Source: Catajapyx aquilonaris (lineage: Eukaryota). From it: a DNA stretch of 64,000 nt. The first letter of the stretch is position 1, and every line of letters begins with the position of its first letter. The notes beneath the pieces are model-generated. The model made no database searches, was not told where the DNA came from, and saw only the letters and a list, made by a program, of their open reading frames with translations. Below, one piece after another: positions 1-12,014 of this stretch. Where the stretch lies: the NCBI GenBank assembly GCA_000934665.2, contig KZ538106.1, forward strand, positions 62,001 to 126,000, in the 5' to 3' direction. The translations under genes were made by a program, and so were the position numbers.

Positions 1-2703
1 CGCCTCCGGTAAGTTTCAATTCAATTTTTCCTATCGAACATATCCTTCAATGGAAAGTCATCTCAGTTTAAACACATTTTAAAACAGTAATTTTTAAAAG
101 TGGACAATCATCTCAACTCCCAGCAACTGGATTAACTTTTGGTCTTGAACATTGATGTCATAGCTGATGTTGACCCAGCCATTGTAACGTCAGTAATGCC
201 GACAGCTCAATGCACTCCAATAAATCTACCCGCAGGCAGTGAAAGACAACTGGACGAAGCAAGCAAATCTCCGACTTCACAGGTCAGCGACAAGGATGAC
301 ACGAAAGATGGGGACAGCCTGCGTCTGAAGAGAGAAGTTGGTCTCTCCAGCGGGATAGCACTTATAGTTGGCACCATGATCGGTAAGCCTGCTTCAAAAT
401 TGGCCTGCTCTTTATGCACAGCCAAAGGCAACTTCCTTTCATGTCAGATGCCAAATGAGTAGCCTCGAGCAGCCTTCATATTTCTGCTGTCAGATCACCA
501 TTGTAACTGATCTCAAAACCTAAACCTGTCTAGGTTCTGGCATCTTCGTATCTCCTGGCGAGCTGCTGATGCGAACTGGTTCCGTGGGCCTCTCACTGGT
601 TATCTGGGCCGCTTGCGGAGTCCTATCAACCTTAGGTGAGACCAGCATCGGACTGCGTACAGCAATCATTATGCGCGTAACGCCGACTGATTTCCCTCAG
701 GATCAATGGCGTACATCGAACTTGGGACTGTGGTGGCGGCCTCTGGTGGTGAATATTCATACCTGCTGGCTGCACTGGGACCTCTTCCGGCCTTCCTCTT
801 CGCCTGGGTGTCCACATTCGTGCTCAAACCGTCTTCCACGGCCATCATTTGCTTGTCATTTGCCGAGTACGCCGTGGAATCAGTGCACGAAGGATACCAG
901 ACACCACCTGTAGCCGTCAAATTAATAGCTGCTTGCGCCATTCGTACGTCTTTTGGATCACCCTGTGCAATCAAAATGATGACACTTGGCAATATTACTA
1001 AAGAATAAATTTTGTCATTTCAGTGCTGATTACGTATGTGAATTGCGCGAGCGTGAAGGTGGCCACCAAAGTGCAGACAGTGTTCACGGCTGCGAAACTC
1101 CTGGCCATTGCAGTAATCGTGGTGATGGGAGTCTACTTGATTTCCCAAGGTGATTTGGAGGTATTGTATTGTAATCGGTGAAACGTCAAAGCCCGGGCTG
1201 GCGCAACAATGAGTGCGACCTTGGCTATTTTCAGGGAGGACGGAGCACTTGTCCACTGGGTTTAAGGGCAGTACCAATTCCTTTGGAGATGTGGCCACGG
1301 CCTTTTACAGCGGACTCTGGGCATACGATGGATGGTCTAAAAATTCCCCGTATTCATTTCTGTTTACAAAGTAACAAAACGACTCATTAACCGCACTGAA
1401 ATATTGCAGGAACAATCTCAACTACGTAACGGAAGAAATTAAAAATCCGTACAGGTAAAGGCCAACCAAATGAGGACTGGCTACTCCAGGCCAATGTCCA
1501 ATTTGTGGATAATTTCAGGAACCTTCCACTGGCTATACTCATTGGGCTTCCTCTAGTGACCGCGTGCTACCTGCTGGTCAACGTCTCCTATTTGACGGCT
1601 ATGACACCGGACGAGGTCATGAGCTCTCCAGCAGTAGCTGTCGTAAGTTTATAGCCGGCAGGAAGACAAGGCAACATTTTCATACTTGGCATATACTTTT
1701 TTCTTGCAGACTTTTGCGAGGCGCGTGTTGGGTCCTGTGGCATTCATGATGCCCATTTTTGTAGCCATGTCTACCTTCGGAGCAGCCAATGGCTCTCAGT
1801 TCACTGCTGGAAGGTTACCAGTAACCTTTTCTGCTTGATTAGCTTCTTGGTTTCATTTGACTTACTTTGAAAAAACAATTTATCGTTTCAGAATAACTTA
1901 CGTAGCAAGTCGACAGGGACACCTGGTTGACGTCTTGTCGTACATTGACGTCAAAAGTTACACACCTTCTCCTGCCCTTATTTTTAATGTGCGTATACTG
2001 TATCTTAGTATAGTAATAACTGCAGAATGAACGGTGCCGTGAGAAATTTAGAGGAACCAAACATATAGCTTTATCACACTGTTCATGCATCGCCCTGCGT
2101 TAAACCGACAACTTTTCAATATTATAAAATGACAATAATTTGCGTTTCAGACATTCATCGCACTCATCATGGTCATTCCTGGAAATGTTGGAAGCTTGAT
2201 AGACTTGTTCAGTTTTTCGGCTTGGATATTTTATGGTGGTGCAATGCTGGCTGTCCTAATTCTTCGATTTAAACTTAAAGAAGCACCAAGACCATTCAAG
2301 GTATTTTTCTTATTCTGTAAAATTAGGCACGGACTTTTCTACGCACCTACTTTGCAAATTAAAAATGCAAAATCCGCCTTCTAGGTTCCACTCATTATAC
2401 CTGCGGCAGTCTTTGTCATTTCCGTGTACCTAGTGTTCGCACCAATCGTGGACAACCCCCAGATTCAATACCTTTATGCAGCCTTATTCATGGTGGCTGG
2501 CGTTATTCTGTACGTGCCCTTCGTTCACTACAAGAAGGAATTGCCATTCATGCGTAAGTTGTAATTAACATCGCGAAAGTTGTGACTTGGGCTTGACTAT
2601 ATTGATTTCTTGTTCTTTCTTTATAGCCAAAGTGACCAAGTTCTTCCAGCTCCTGCTCAACGTGGCACCCGCAGATCCAACTGACTTAGAGAAAATAAGC
2701 TAG
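1..2703 (+). CDS. SLC7A9: b(0,+)-type / L-type amino acid transporter light chain (SLC7 HAT family), multi-exon, probably 5'-partial
   Basis: Hand-spliced GT-AG exons, all phase-compatible: <1-8, 164-382, 534-635, 701-943, 1024-1149, 1235-1334, 1410-1454, 1519-1642, 1710-1813, 1892-1988, 2151-2300, 2385-2553, 2627-2703 (TAG). About 520 aa visible. Family motifs: [85 protein letters not shown]. The symbol is by resemblance (SLC7A9-like); orthology was not tested. An in-frame ATG at 196 is an alternative start. Confidence 0.93.
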
Positions 2704-2725
2704 TCCAGAACAATAATTTGTACAA

Positions 2726-2731
2726 AATAAA
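2726..2731 (+). terminator. Candidate polyadenylation signal of the SLC7 gene
   Basis: AATAAA 22 nt after the TAG stop. Confidence 0.5.
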
Positions 2732-4067
2732 TATACTGTTAGGCTCGACATGGAACACTTCGTAGTGTCAAGAAACCTTTCTTGATAAACCTGTTTCCAC
2801 AGGCAAGTCGGAACACAGGTCGCCAGGCAAATGGCACAGTTCTATATCACAACACGTCAACACCTCTCACCTAATGGGGATTTAAATTACATTACAAAGC
2901 TGCCCAATCGGCACTTGGGAAGTCTGGTATATTTTTACTAGCTCTGCCAAAAAATATTTTTAAATTATTCCTAACACCATAAGCCAAAGACAGTCAGCAA
3001 CATATCAACATTCACTCGCATGTGGGTGTTCAGATACTGATCCAGTTTTGTCAATATCTGCAAGAGCTGATATCTGTTAATATTGCTATCGGTTATCTTG
3101 TTACTATAGCTGACCTTCAGTCCGCACGTGCAAATTAATATCGTGCGCAATTTAAAGTCTAAAGTTTCGTCGCTATCTGACAAATCACGAAGTGAATTTC
3201 TACATCCTGTTTTGAATTGTGACATATTGCGGAAGCAGGTGTATTATGTAATGCACCTCTTATTTCACAAATGTGGAGCGTTTTCCCTTTCTGCTGCTAG
3301 TTGATTAATATTGTACAGTTATTGTGTCATTACTGGCATGTAGGTTTTACACCAAGTGAATACTATGCAGGATATACCGCTACTAATCTATAAAAACCTA
3401 AAACTTTTGTGTAAGTCTTACACGCATCAGACATGTATAAGTAGGTCATAATTGTGCAAACTTGCTGCGTGCATGAAGTAGGTAAGTGTTTTTTTTTAAT
3501 GAAAATAGATTTTTGGTGGCGTATTTTGCCTGAGTGTAATCCATGCAGCACTTCGGCTGGAAAAATCAAGACAATAGTCCAGATTCACCTCACAATTACA
3601 GAACATATAAGCTATGGAAAAGTTCCTTCGCCTGTGTTTCGGAAATTTTAATTTCTGAACACACTTGGAATGTTGTCTATAGCTTTGTTATCCCCACATT
3701 TTCTGTTTGGAAACACCTCAGAAACAACATCACATTTCCTACCTGATTGTTAAATGTACTACAACAGCTATAGCCACTATTCTTTACTACTAAAAGGAAT
3801 TATCAGCTATAAATTATCACTGCTTATAATATTGATAAAAATTGGCAATTTTTGTGCTACAGTCCCATCTGGAGTAGTACAGCAATCAGAAGTGTTTAAA
3901 GGTGTAATGATGGAAAAATATGGCATCCACATGAGCATCCAAAGTCCTTTTACAACACAGTCCAATGTACGTAGTAACCTTACTACACATAATTCCAAAA
4001 TGAGGACAGATTTTTTTTTTTAAAATAATTTGAACAAAATTCTTCCACCATTCATTAACATTACTTG

Positions 4068-4446
4068 GAGGGAGGCGGAGTGGTTCTGTGGTAACGTATG
4101 CGCCCACGGATGTTAAGGTCCCAGGTTCGATCCCAGCCGTGGGACACCCCCCTTCATTTCGTGCAGAGATGGGTTGTCTCTGGCTTCGTCTCAGGTGGAA
4201 TTTCCGCTAGACATATCCACCCGGGGGAGTTCACAAATTATGTACCATCTTGGAAGCTTTGCACTGCACATTGCACATCCCCTCCTGTCATCCTGCCCAT
4301 GGGCCCAGGTGATTCAAATGAATAGGCACCATAAATGTAACACCAATCAATAATAAATAAATAAAGGTCAAAGTGCTTGTACACCCAAGGGGTCAGAAGC
4401 ACTACCCACAATTATTATTATTATTTATTATTATTATTATTATTAA
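4068..4446 (+). mobile_element. tRNA-derived SINE, full length, with 14-bp target-site duplication
   Basis: A-box-like TGGTTCTGTGG, B-box GGTTCGATCCC and an (ATT)n tail. Flanked by the direct repeat ATTAACATTACTTG at 4054-4067 and 4447-4460. A homologous copy lies at about 35450-35750 on the - strand. Confidence 0.88.
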
Positions 4447-6582
4447 ATTAACATTACTTGCTTACCTCCTTAAAGGGGATGATTTGAACTTCCAAACTAC
4501 AATGTAAGTAGTAAATTTGCATAACTGGTACGTGAAAAAAACTATTGTTCCTTCTTACCTTCAAGTCCACACTCTACATGACACGTACAGGTACAATAGT
4601 ATTACCAAGATATTACACAGTTGACTCTGGACATATAACAATCTGGGGAGGGGGGGAGGGGGCTACAACAGATTATCAGTTATAGCAGCTTGAAGGCTGG
4701 TCCTGCCTACCTCTACAATTATGTGGCCTGTGTAATCGGCTATAACAAATCTAGATTATAGCATACCAAGAGCTAATAACTCTTGAGCATACTTATTTCC
4801 ATGGCCCATTTAAGTTGATTACATCCAGAGTTTACTGTATATCAGTAACTGCAAGACTTAACTAATCATCTTATTAACCATACATAAGCAGCTACAATCT
4901 ACACATATCTACACATATCTCTAGCATATCACCCAAAGAATAATCAGTGAGGTGCTCGAGCGTACCGAGCTTCAATTGATATCCCAGAGGCATTGTCAGT
5001 GACATTCCATTGGTTCCAGATGTTCGAGGTGCTCCAGTGCTGCCCTGGAGGTTCTCCAGACAACAAATGCTCCAATACGCAATTTTCCATGAGTTACTAG
5101 CCCTGTCTATCACCAGATGTGTGTAGGTGCAGTACTAGAGCTCAAATGACTCTCTTGGGTCAGCACGCGACAGCCTAATGCAGAGAAGATATTGTGACAT
5201 ACGGCCTGTGCCTTGCTATGGGCTGTGCTACGTTATGCTATGCAATTTGTTAGAATCCATCCCCCCTCCTCCAAAAGCAAATTCACAAACTTAGAAACTA
5301 TGACAACATTTGAAACAATAGTGCAGTGATAGCATACAGAGAAGTCAGAGGATCACAATGTTGCGTGTAACACACTAACTCTCATGAGGCTACATACCAG
5401 AAACAATCAAGATGAATGTTCAACGAAAAGATGGGCCACAAAAATTACAAGTGAGTTGTCTTCACTGAAAGTAACCTTAGGGGAACCGTGGGTGAATTCC
5501 CAATAAAGCACCATCAGCACAGCTTCTCCAGCTCATGAGATTGAATGACCTAGCTCTCAAGCATGCCAATTATATCCGAGAGACTTTGACAACTTTTTTG
5601 ACAACAGGGCGGGGGCAAATCCTGCAGTTTAAAAACAACATATCATTCACCAATAAAACTTGAACAAATTAATTTTTCATCAATGTGCAGAGCACACTTT
5701 CGGGAACCATTGCCATATATCATAGCTAATTGTTCTCAAAATAAATGCAATCCTCCAGTATGCAATATTCAAATAACTCTCCTGCAAATCAAACGGAATA
5801 AAACCTAAGGAATATTAAAAAGTCAGATGTTAATTCCAATTATATTTCAACAACAAAATTCCAGAGTTTACAAAGATATGAGTACCTGTACCAGCCAAGT
5901 CATGGTTGAATTACATCTCGCCCGACAGTATGCAAAATAGCTATTTCAATTGTTACTGTCAACAATCCTGTCTTCAATATTTTACCACATCACAGACTCC
6001 CACTAACACACCAAAGCACATGGAATGACAGAAAATTATATGTCACTGAAGTTCATACAAATGCAGAACCCTCGTATATGATTAGCAGTCTTCCAATTGG
6101 TCGAGTGACATTCTGCACTGCCTTCCGCTCATGTAAACATCAGCAATGCAACGTAAACACCACATCAGAAATTGAAAATATTACTTTCCTTCAGAATGCA
6201 TAAAGCTGCACTTAAAATTCATAACAAGGCAATAACTACAAAAACATGGAAAATATATTGGATTTTAAACCAAGTTTGAAATACTGAACAAAAATATTCA
6301 CCATGCATAAACACAATTGGAAACATTAACCTAATTGGTCTAGGAATAATTGCAATTGGACTGCTACACTGCCATTCCCCACTACAATAAAACCACTATA
6401 TTACTAACTCAGTGTGAGCATTTGAGAAAGAAAAAAATAATGAAAATTGGAAGATAATTTTAGGAATCAGATAATGCCACCTCAATTGATGTTTTTTTTT
6501 TTGTCACTTAATTTTCCGTCCATTTACTTCTGTGTGCACATCTTCTCCAAACACATGCATTCCGGAGCAGGGCAGGCCAAAA

Positions 6583-9500
6583 CTAAGTATGGGAAGCAAA
6601 GCAGAATCGGTACACGAGGGAGGCGAGGATGGCAAGTGTGATGGGGATTACCCACGTCTTCCAGCTGTTGAGAAAGAAAGTACTTGAAGTCACAAAATCC
6701 TATTGTTTTCTCATGTAAAACTATTACTTGCATAGGCTATGAGTAGAAATGTAGGCTAAAACTTATACACGAGCACTCAAAATTATCCTTAGCAGATGTG
6801 CAAAAACACAAACAAAAGCAAGACCAGCATAAATGACATTCACTGACGGCCTCAGTGCAAGATCAAGAAGCCACGCAAGACTGAAAGAAGAAAATATATT
6901 TTAGCTGCAAAAAGGAAAGATGGGGCAAGACAGTGGCACTGTAGAAAATAAATCTAAATATGACATGGTTTAAAAAAATTCTTAATTGGCAATGATTCTA
7001 ATGGAAGTTCCCGCACTTTGAAAGAAAATAAGATGTTCTGATTACACCGAAGCTCCCTACTTCACTTAGCAAATTAATCACCCAATGGTAAAAGCATTTA
7101 ACAAAAACCAACTGGTGTTATGATCTACATCTACTGCAGCATGAATCAAGTACAACTTCTATTGTAGTGTTTTGTAACAGTCTTGTCATTTTTTAAAAAA
7201 TGAAACAAATGGTATGCCTTTCAGACCACACTGTTGAGTGTATACTGTAGCACTGCATGTGACGTGATTGCATACCTTCGCATGTGGTTCCCTTCCAACC
7301 AGTCAACAAACCAGCTACAGGTCTCAGGCTGGTACTACACATGTCTTTGTCTCAAGAATATGCAATGCATTCTAGTATTTGACAAGCTCTCCAAAAGATA
7401 ATTCCATTTTGAATGACAAATGTTTGCTTGTTTTTTGACACTGCACCTAAAAATACCTCCGTTGATGTGTCTGGCACCAAATACTTCAGGACATTAAATT
7501 TTATGATAAAACTTACACCAGAAATTTCACCATATTGCACGCTTGGGACTGCCAAACATCACATAATAGAAAATTAATTTACTTAAGCACAATTAGCAGC
7601 TAATTAGTGCACACGTCACAAAATTATTCAAACGCTACTTTGCACAAAATTCTAGTTTCCAAATAGCATCATGTCATTTTCATTTCTCATTGCAATTCCC
7701 AAGTACATGCCAACCAAGTTTTGCTTCACATTGCGATGCAGCTATCTGCAATAACTAGTTCTCACTTGCTTCTCGTCACTTTTTTGCCCCAAGGCCCTCA
7801 ATTATACCAATCTTAAAATAACCACTATAGAGATGCATGCATACCCCTTTCATGTGCTCACCTCGGGTCAGGGTCAAGTTGAGCTCCATCACCATCTGCC
7901 GGCATGCTATGCAGATGCAGCAAGTAGAAAGCCAAAAGCACACCAAGAATGCCCACAATTCAGAGCAAAACAGCAAGAAGAACTTATTGTCAAATCAGAT
8001 CAAGACATTTCATGACATGCTCATCAACAATTTCTCATATAAAAAATTAATCATCCTGACAGCAAGTTGCAACCACAAGCAAGAAGGCAACACCAAACAC
8101 CAATTCCAAATTGCTCAGAACATGCAATGAAGGCCAAATAAAATATCACTTAAAGCTGATCACAATAATCATGAACAGATTTCATTGCACCACAGGGAGT
8201 TTTGAGAAACACCTGTTGATTGTTGTGGCAATGACTCTCCCAGAAGCTCTTGATTACATCAAGCAGCATCTGGAAGCAGTTGCTTCAATAATTTTCTTCC
8301 CCTACTTTTGCAATAGGAAACTTCTTTATTTCACTATTATAAACTTGGAGGTCATGAAAGCAAGCAAAAAAAAAGTTGAAGGATGAACCTTGCTTACGCA
8401 ACCAGGTGGTGACTTTAATCTAATCTGGCCTTCACAGATATGCACCGTTCATTCAAGTAGCAAAAAAGTGGAAAACATATGATGGGTGGGGAGAGATGGG
8501 CACTTACCTAGAGGATTCCTTGTCGTCAGTGGACCAAGCCTTTGGGCCAGTGTCAGGGATGCCCTTTCTCTCCGCCTGCAAATGAAAAATAAGTCAGTTT
8601 CAGAGGCTCAACGCGAACAGAGCTGAACTCACCTCTACCAGCATGCCAACTTGGTACTGCTGCATCAGCTCCCTCGCATCCGTGGAGTGGCCCACATCCT
8701 CAAAGTTCTCCGTTGCATCCTTCCCCGCCTGGTCCAGAAGCACCTCCTCACCTCCAGGATGCTACGCAAAATACAAGTGGCATCAGATGTGCAATTTGCA
8801 TAGCTGAGCGCAAAGGTTGAAAATGTGCAAGTCAGCATGATTCGACAAATAAACTTTCACTTATTAACCTGTGTTTTCCATTTTCATTATCACACACTTA
8901 ATTTGTAGTCCTTACAAACTTTGCGCTTGGGCAGGAAACTCGTAGATGCAACTTCACAATCCCTCGTTGCAGGAATATGACGGTAACTCCACTTCATGGC
9001 CGTAAAAAGCTCCGTAAGAAATCGCGCATCCTGTTGGCACAACTTTTCCTGCAATATCGCAACCCTCCGCTACTCTTTCAGTTCTTGGTGATGGCAGCCC
9101 ATAAAATGACTTCATTCCATGCTGTTGGCCAGCACCCTCGGCATGTACCTGATTATGACTACTTAATCGCAAAAACTTCCTGCAAGGGAGAAGGAATGCA
9201 CCTGCCTCATTATGCGAGTGGACAGCCCCCCTTCGGCCCCTTTTCTATTCCCAGCCTGCACAGGGGCATGGCCAATATCCCCAATTTAACTTGCAAAAAC
9301 CCTTCATACATGCAAATCGAATCAGGAAATCAGTCCCCGTGAGGCCTTCTTGCATCACGGTGGTCCCTCCTTTATGATGATGGTGATGAAAAGTGTTGGT
9401 GAAGCACCCTCGACCCTTCCGACCCCGGAAGTTCCGGCCAGGCTTCACAATGGAGGACTCCCCGTTTTCAGTTACGCAACGGTACAATTACCTAACCTTC

Positions 9501-9747
9501 CCCCTCCCCCAGCCCTTTACGACGTATGCGCTCCATTAACTACGACTTCTTCTTCTTATTATTACGAGTGTCTGCACCACATTTTGATTACCTCGTCAAG
9601 GAACTTGGTGACGTCGTAGACCTTGTCGTGGATGACAACATAGACGGACCTGGCCGAGTTGTGCTCCTCCACTTCCTTCATAGTGAAGAGCTTCTCGTCC
9701 ACGGAGGACGCCTGCTGCTCCACCTTCTTTGTCGTCTCCTCCGACAT
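6583..9747 (-). CDS. Cyt-b5: Cytochrome b5, tail-anchored, 144 aa
   Basis: Exons 9747-9592, 8761-8633, 8575-8508 and 6664-6583, all GT-AG and in phase. Heme-binding motif [41 protein letters not shown] contains both axial His residues. C-terminal anchor [27 protein letters not shown]. Confidence 0.95.
6763..6880 (-). CDS. Putative alternative terminal coding exon of cytochrome b5 (alternative hydrophobic tail)
   Basis: Acceptor TTTTCTTCTTTCAG, phase-compatible with exon 3, reading (S)[38 protein letters not shown]. No transcript evidence. Confidence 0.4.
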
Positions 9748-9784
9748 GGCTTCTTCAGCTGGACCACAGAGTCCCGAGAGAGAG

Positions 9785-9849
9785 CTGTACACAAAGACAC
9801 GCAGCTGACCAGGAGGCCAAGAGGAGAAGGACAAAACCTGCAGACTCAC
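9785..9849 (-). other. Likely 65-nt intron in the cytochrome b5 5' UTR
   Basis: The - strand reads GG|GTGAGT...pyrimidine-rich...GTGTACAG|CTCTC, ending 37 nt upstream of the GCCATG start. Confidence 0.6.
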
Positions 9850-9899
9850 CCTACCTAACCAAGAGGAGCTACTCGCAGAGCCAGCGGACTCTGGCGGAC

Positions 9900-9970
9900 G
9901 TAACAAGGATCGTTACGCCATCACACATATCGATGCACACACACACATGCACACCTTAATATCGATGTGC
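9900..9970 (-). promoter_or_regulatory. Cytochrome b5 core promoter with two DRE-like (DREF) elements
   Basis: CATCGATA on the - strand at 9928-9935 and 9960-9967, just upstream of the UTR exon. This fits an insect TATA-less housekeeping promoter. Confidence 0.45.
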
Positions 9971-11944
9971 ACGCGGCCTGTTTGACGCAACCACACTCTT
10001 GCATGCGAGCATGGTGTGCACGCAAAATGTGCGGTCTACTTGACACTTTGTCTGTTGCTCACACTTTCGCATGGGCATGGCCATACATCCTGGTTGCAGC
10101 AATCGGAGTCGGATTTAGATTCAAAGATTCATTTATGAAACACATTGTACAGTGTACAGGATTAATTAGCTAAAGTAGCCTGCAGGATACTGTCTGCCAG
10201 TGCTTTGGGATATTACGTGGTGTGACTTGGAGAAAGTAGGCCTACTGGGCGTAAGTTCTCGCGTGTAGCACAAATCTCTGACGAGATCATTTTGGGCCTA
10301 ACAAATTAATATTAGTAAGCGATTCAATTTATGGCATCGTTGACATTATTTCACGTATCAGCTTGTCACACACATACATGATTTTTATTAGAATCCCCCC
10401 CCCCGCCGCCCCTGCATTGCTCATTTGTGCAGTAGGCGTGTAGGCCTATTATTATTGTGCATTGGAGTATGAGTATACTGTACAGTAGGGCCGCCTACAA
10501 CCAGAAATGATATCTCCTAATTGTGGACCTTCCGCACAAAAGAGGAAGCACGTTGGCCTACTCGAAAATTAAACATGAACCTGAAATATTCATTTAAATA
10601 TGTATAATATCACTTATTTTAAAAAGCCGTTGACCTAAATAAATTAAAGTTATACCGGTGAGTGAAAAATGAGCAGGGCATAAGAATGTCCCACACTCCT
10701 GTTGAATAATAGGGCCTACTATTATTATCGTATTATGCACAACCCGGTAACTTTCTTCATAATGACTTGCATATTTTTGCCCCGTTTTACATCCTCACAC
10801 TCGCATAACAGTCACATGATGACGTGTATACTACACGCAACCAGGAATGAAGCAACACATAAAGTGCCATATATAGAACCTATGGTCTTTTACTCAGACC
10901 TCCTTCACAACAGGCACAATGGTACGTACGACCAAGGTACGACGTATTTTTTGGCTCTTAGGCAGACCTATGCGACGCGACGTGTCCTTATAATAAGAGT
11001 AAAATGCATTGTAATTTATAACTCTACAGTAGAAAGAGGGTGTTGACTTTGCATTTATATACGGGCAGCTTGCATGTTGCAGGCTACTTTGCAATACGGT
11101 TTTATTTCAGAAATAATAATTGTCCGTAACAAGGCTCGGGAATTTCAGTGAAAGTTCATTTGTTGATGACTGATGACGCGATCAGTGTGAGAGCGCCAGC
11201 AACATCATGCAAGAAAGTAGCGCCCTGCTTATTGACTGTTATTGTTATATACAGCAGGCCGCTAAATTACTGAAAGCCGTATTATCGAGCAGTAGAGTAT
11301 GACCCCCATTCATTAATGCTAAAACCAAGTGCATTAACAGTTTCATACTGCACAGTACTGCAAGATCGTGATTGCAATCATGGCAATTATTATTGAATAC
11401 TCGATACGGTATATGTATCGATATTTAATATCGGGTGTATCGTCTGAGGGCCAGTTGCCAGGTGTACCTGTAGCTATCGTCCCACAGCTAATAAAGAAAA
11501 ATGAGCTATCAGTGTACATATCCTATCGCTATATACATATTCACATAATCATGTTATAAACGAGGATGATATTAACCCACTACCTAAACATGTCCGACAC
11601 ACTGCGCAGATAAATATTCCTGCCACTAGATGCCACTACGATAAGGTCGAGTACGTGGCGCGCTCTGTGTCGCTGTGAGAACGAGCGCTCTTCTCTCTCA
11701 CAGTTTGTAATAATACGAGCCTACGGGCATGGCAGAAGAAGAATAGAAACAGTCGTGGGAAAATCCTGATCAGAAAATAAGAAAATATTCATGTGTGGTT
11801 CTAACTAGATTGCGAAAGTCGCTTTCATTTTTTCCATACACTTGTAATAGTTGTAAACCAGTCTCATTTTGAGTAGATATTTTTTTAAAAAACCAACACG
11901 CATAATTATTAGACTGTAATCAATTCAGTTGTCATTGTGTATTA

Positions 11945-12014
<70 letters not shown>
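11945..12014. repeat. (ATT)n microsatellite, about 23 units
   Basis: Pure TAT/ATT run visible directly. Confidence 0.95.

Noticed and set aside
1150..1166. Alternative donor GAG|GTATTG 11 nt into an SLC7 intron
   Set aside because: It would frameshift the transporter; the donor at 1150 gives the conserved frame.
4892..5113. 73-aa - strand ORF with TLEHL, vaguely like a LINE C-terminal zinc-knuckle remnant
   Set aside because: Similarity too weak; no reverse transcriptase motifs.
7856..8130. Further hydrophobic - strand stretches in Cyt-b5 intron 3 ([28 protein letters not shown])
   Set aside because: No good in-phase YAG acceptor, and each frame has an upstream stop. Explained by U/G-rich composition.
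8398..8424. Possible micro-exon ending at the strong donor TGC|GTAAGC in Cyt-b5 intron 3
   Set aside because: The upstream AG dinucleotides lack a pyrimidine tract; cannot be supported without reads.
10283..10294. GAGATCATTTTG, resembling the 5' part of the bantam miRNA
   Set aside because: The rest of the mature sequence does not match and there is no hairpin.
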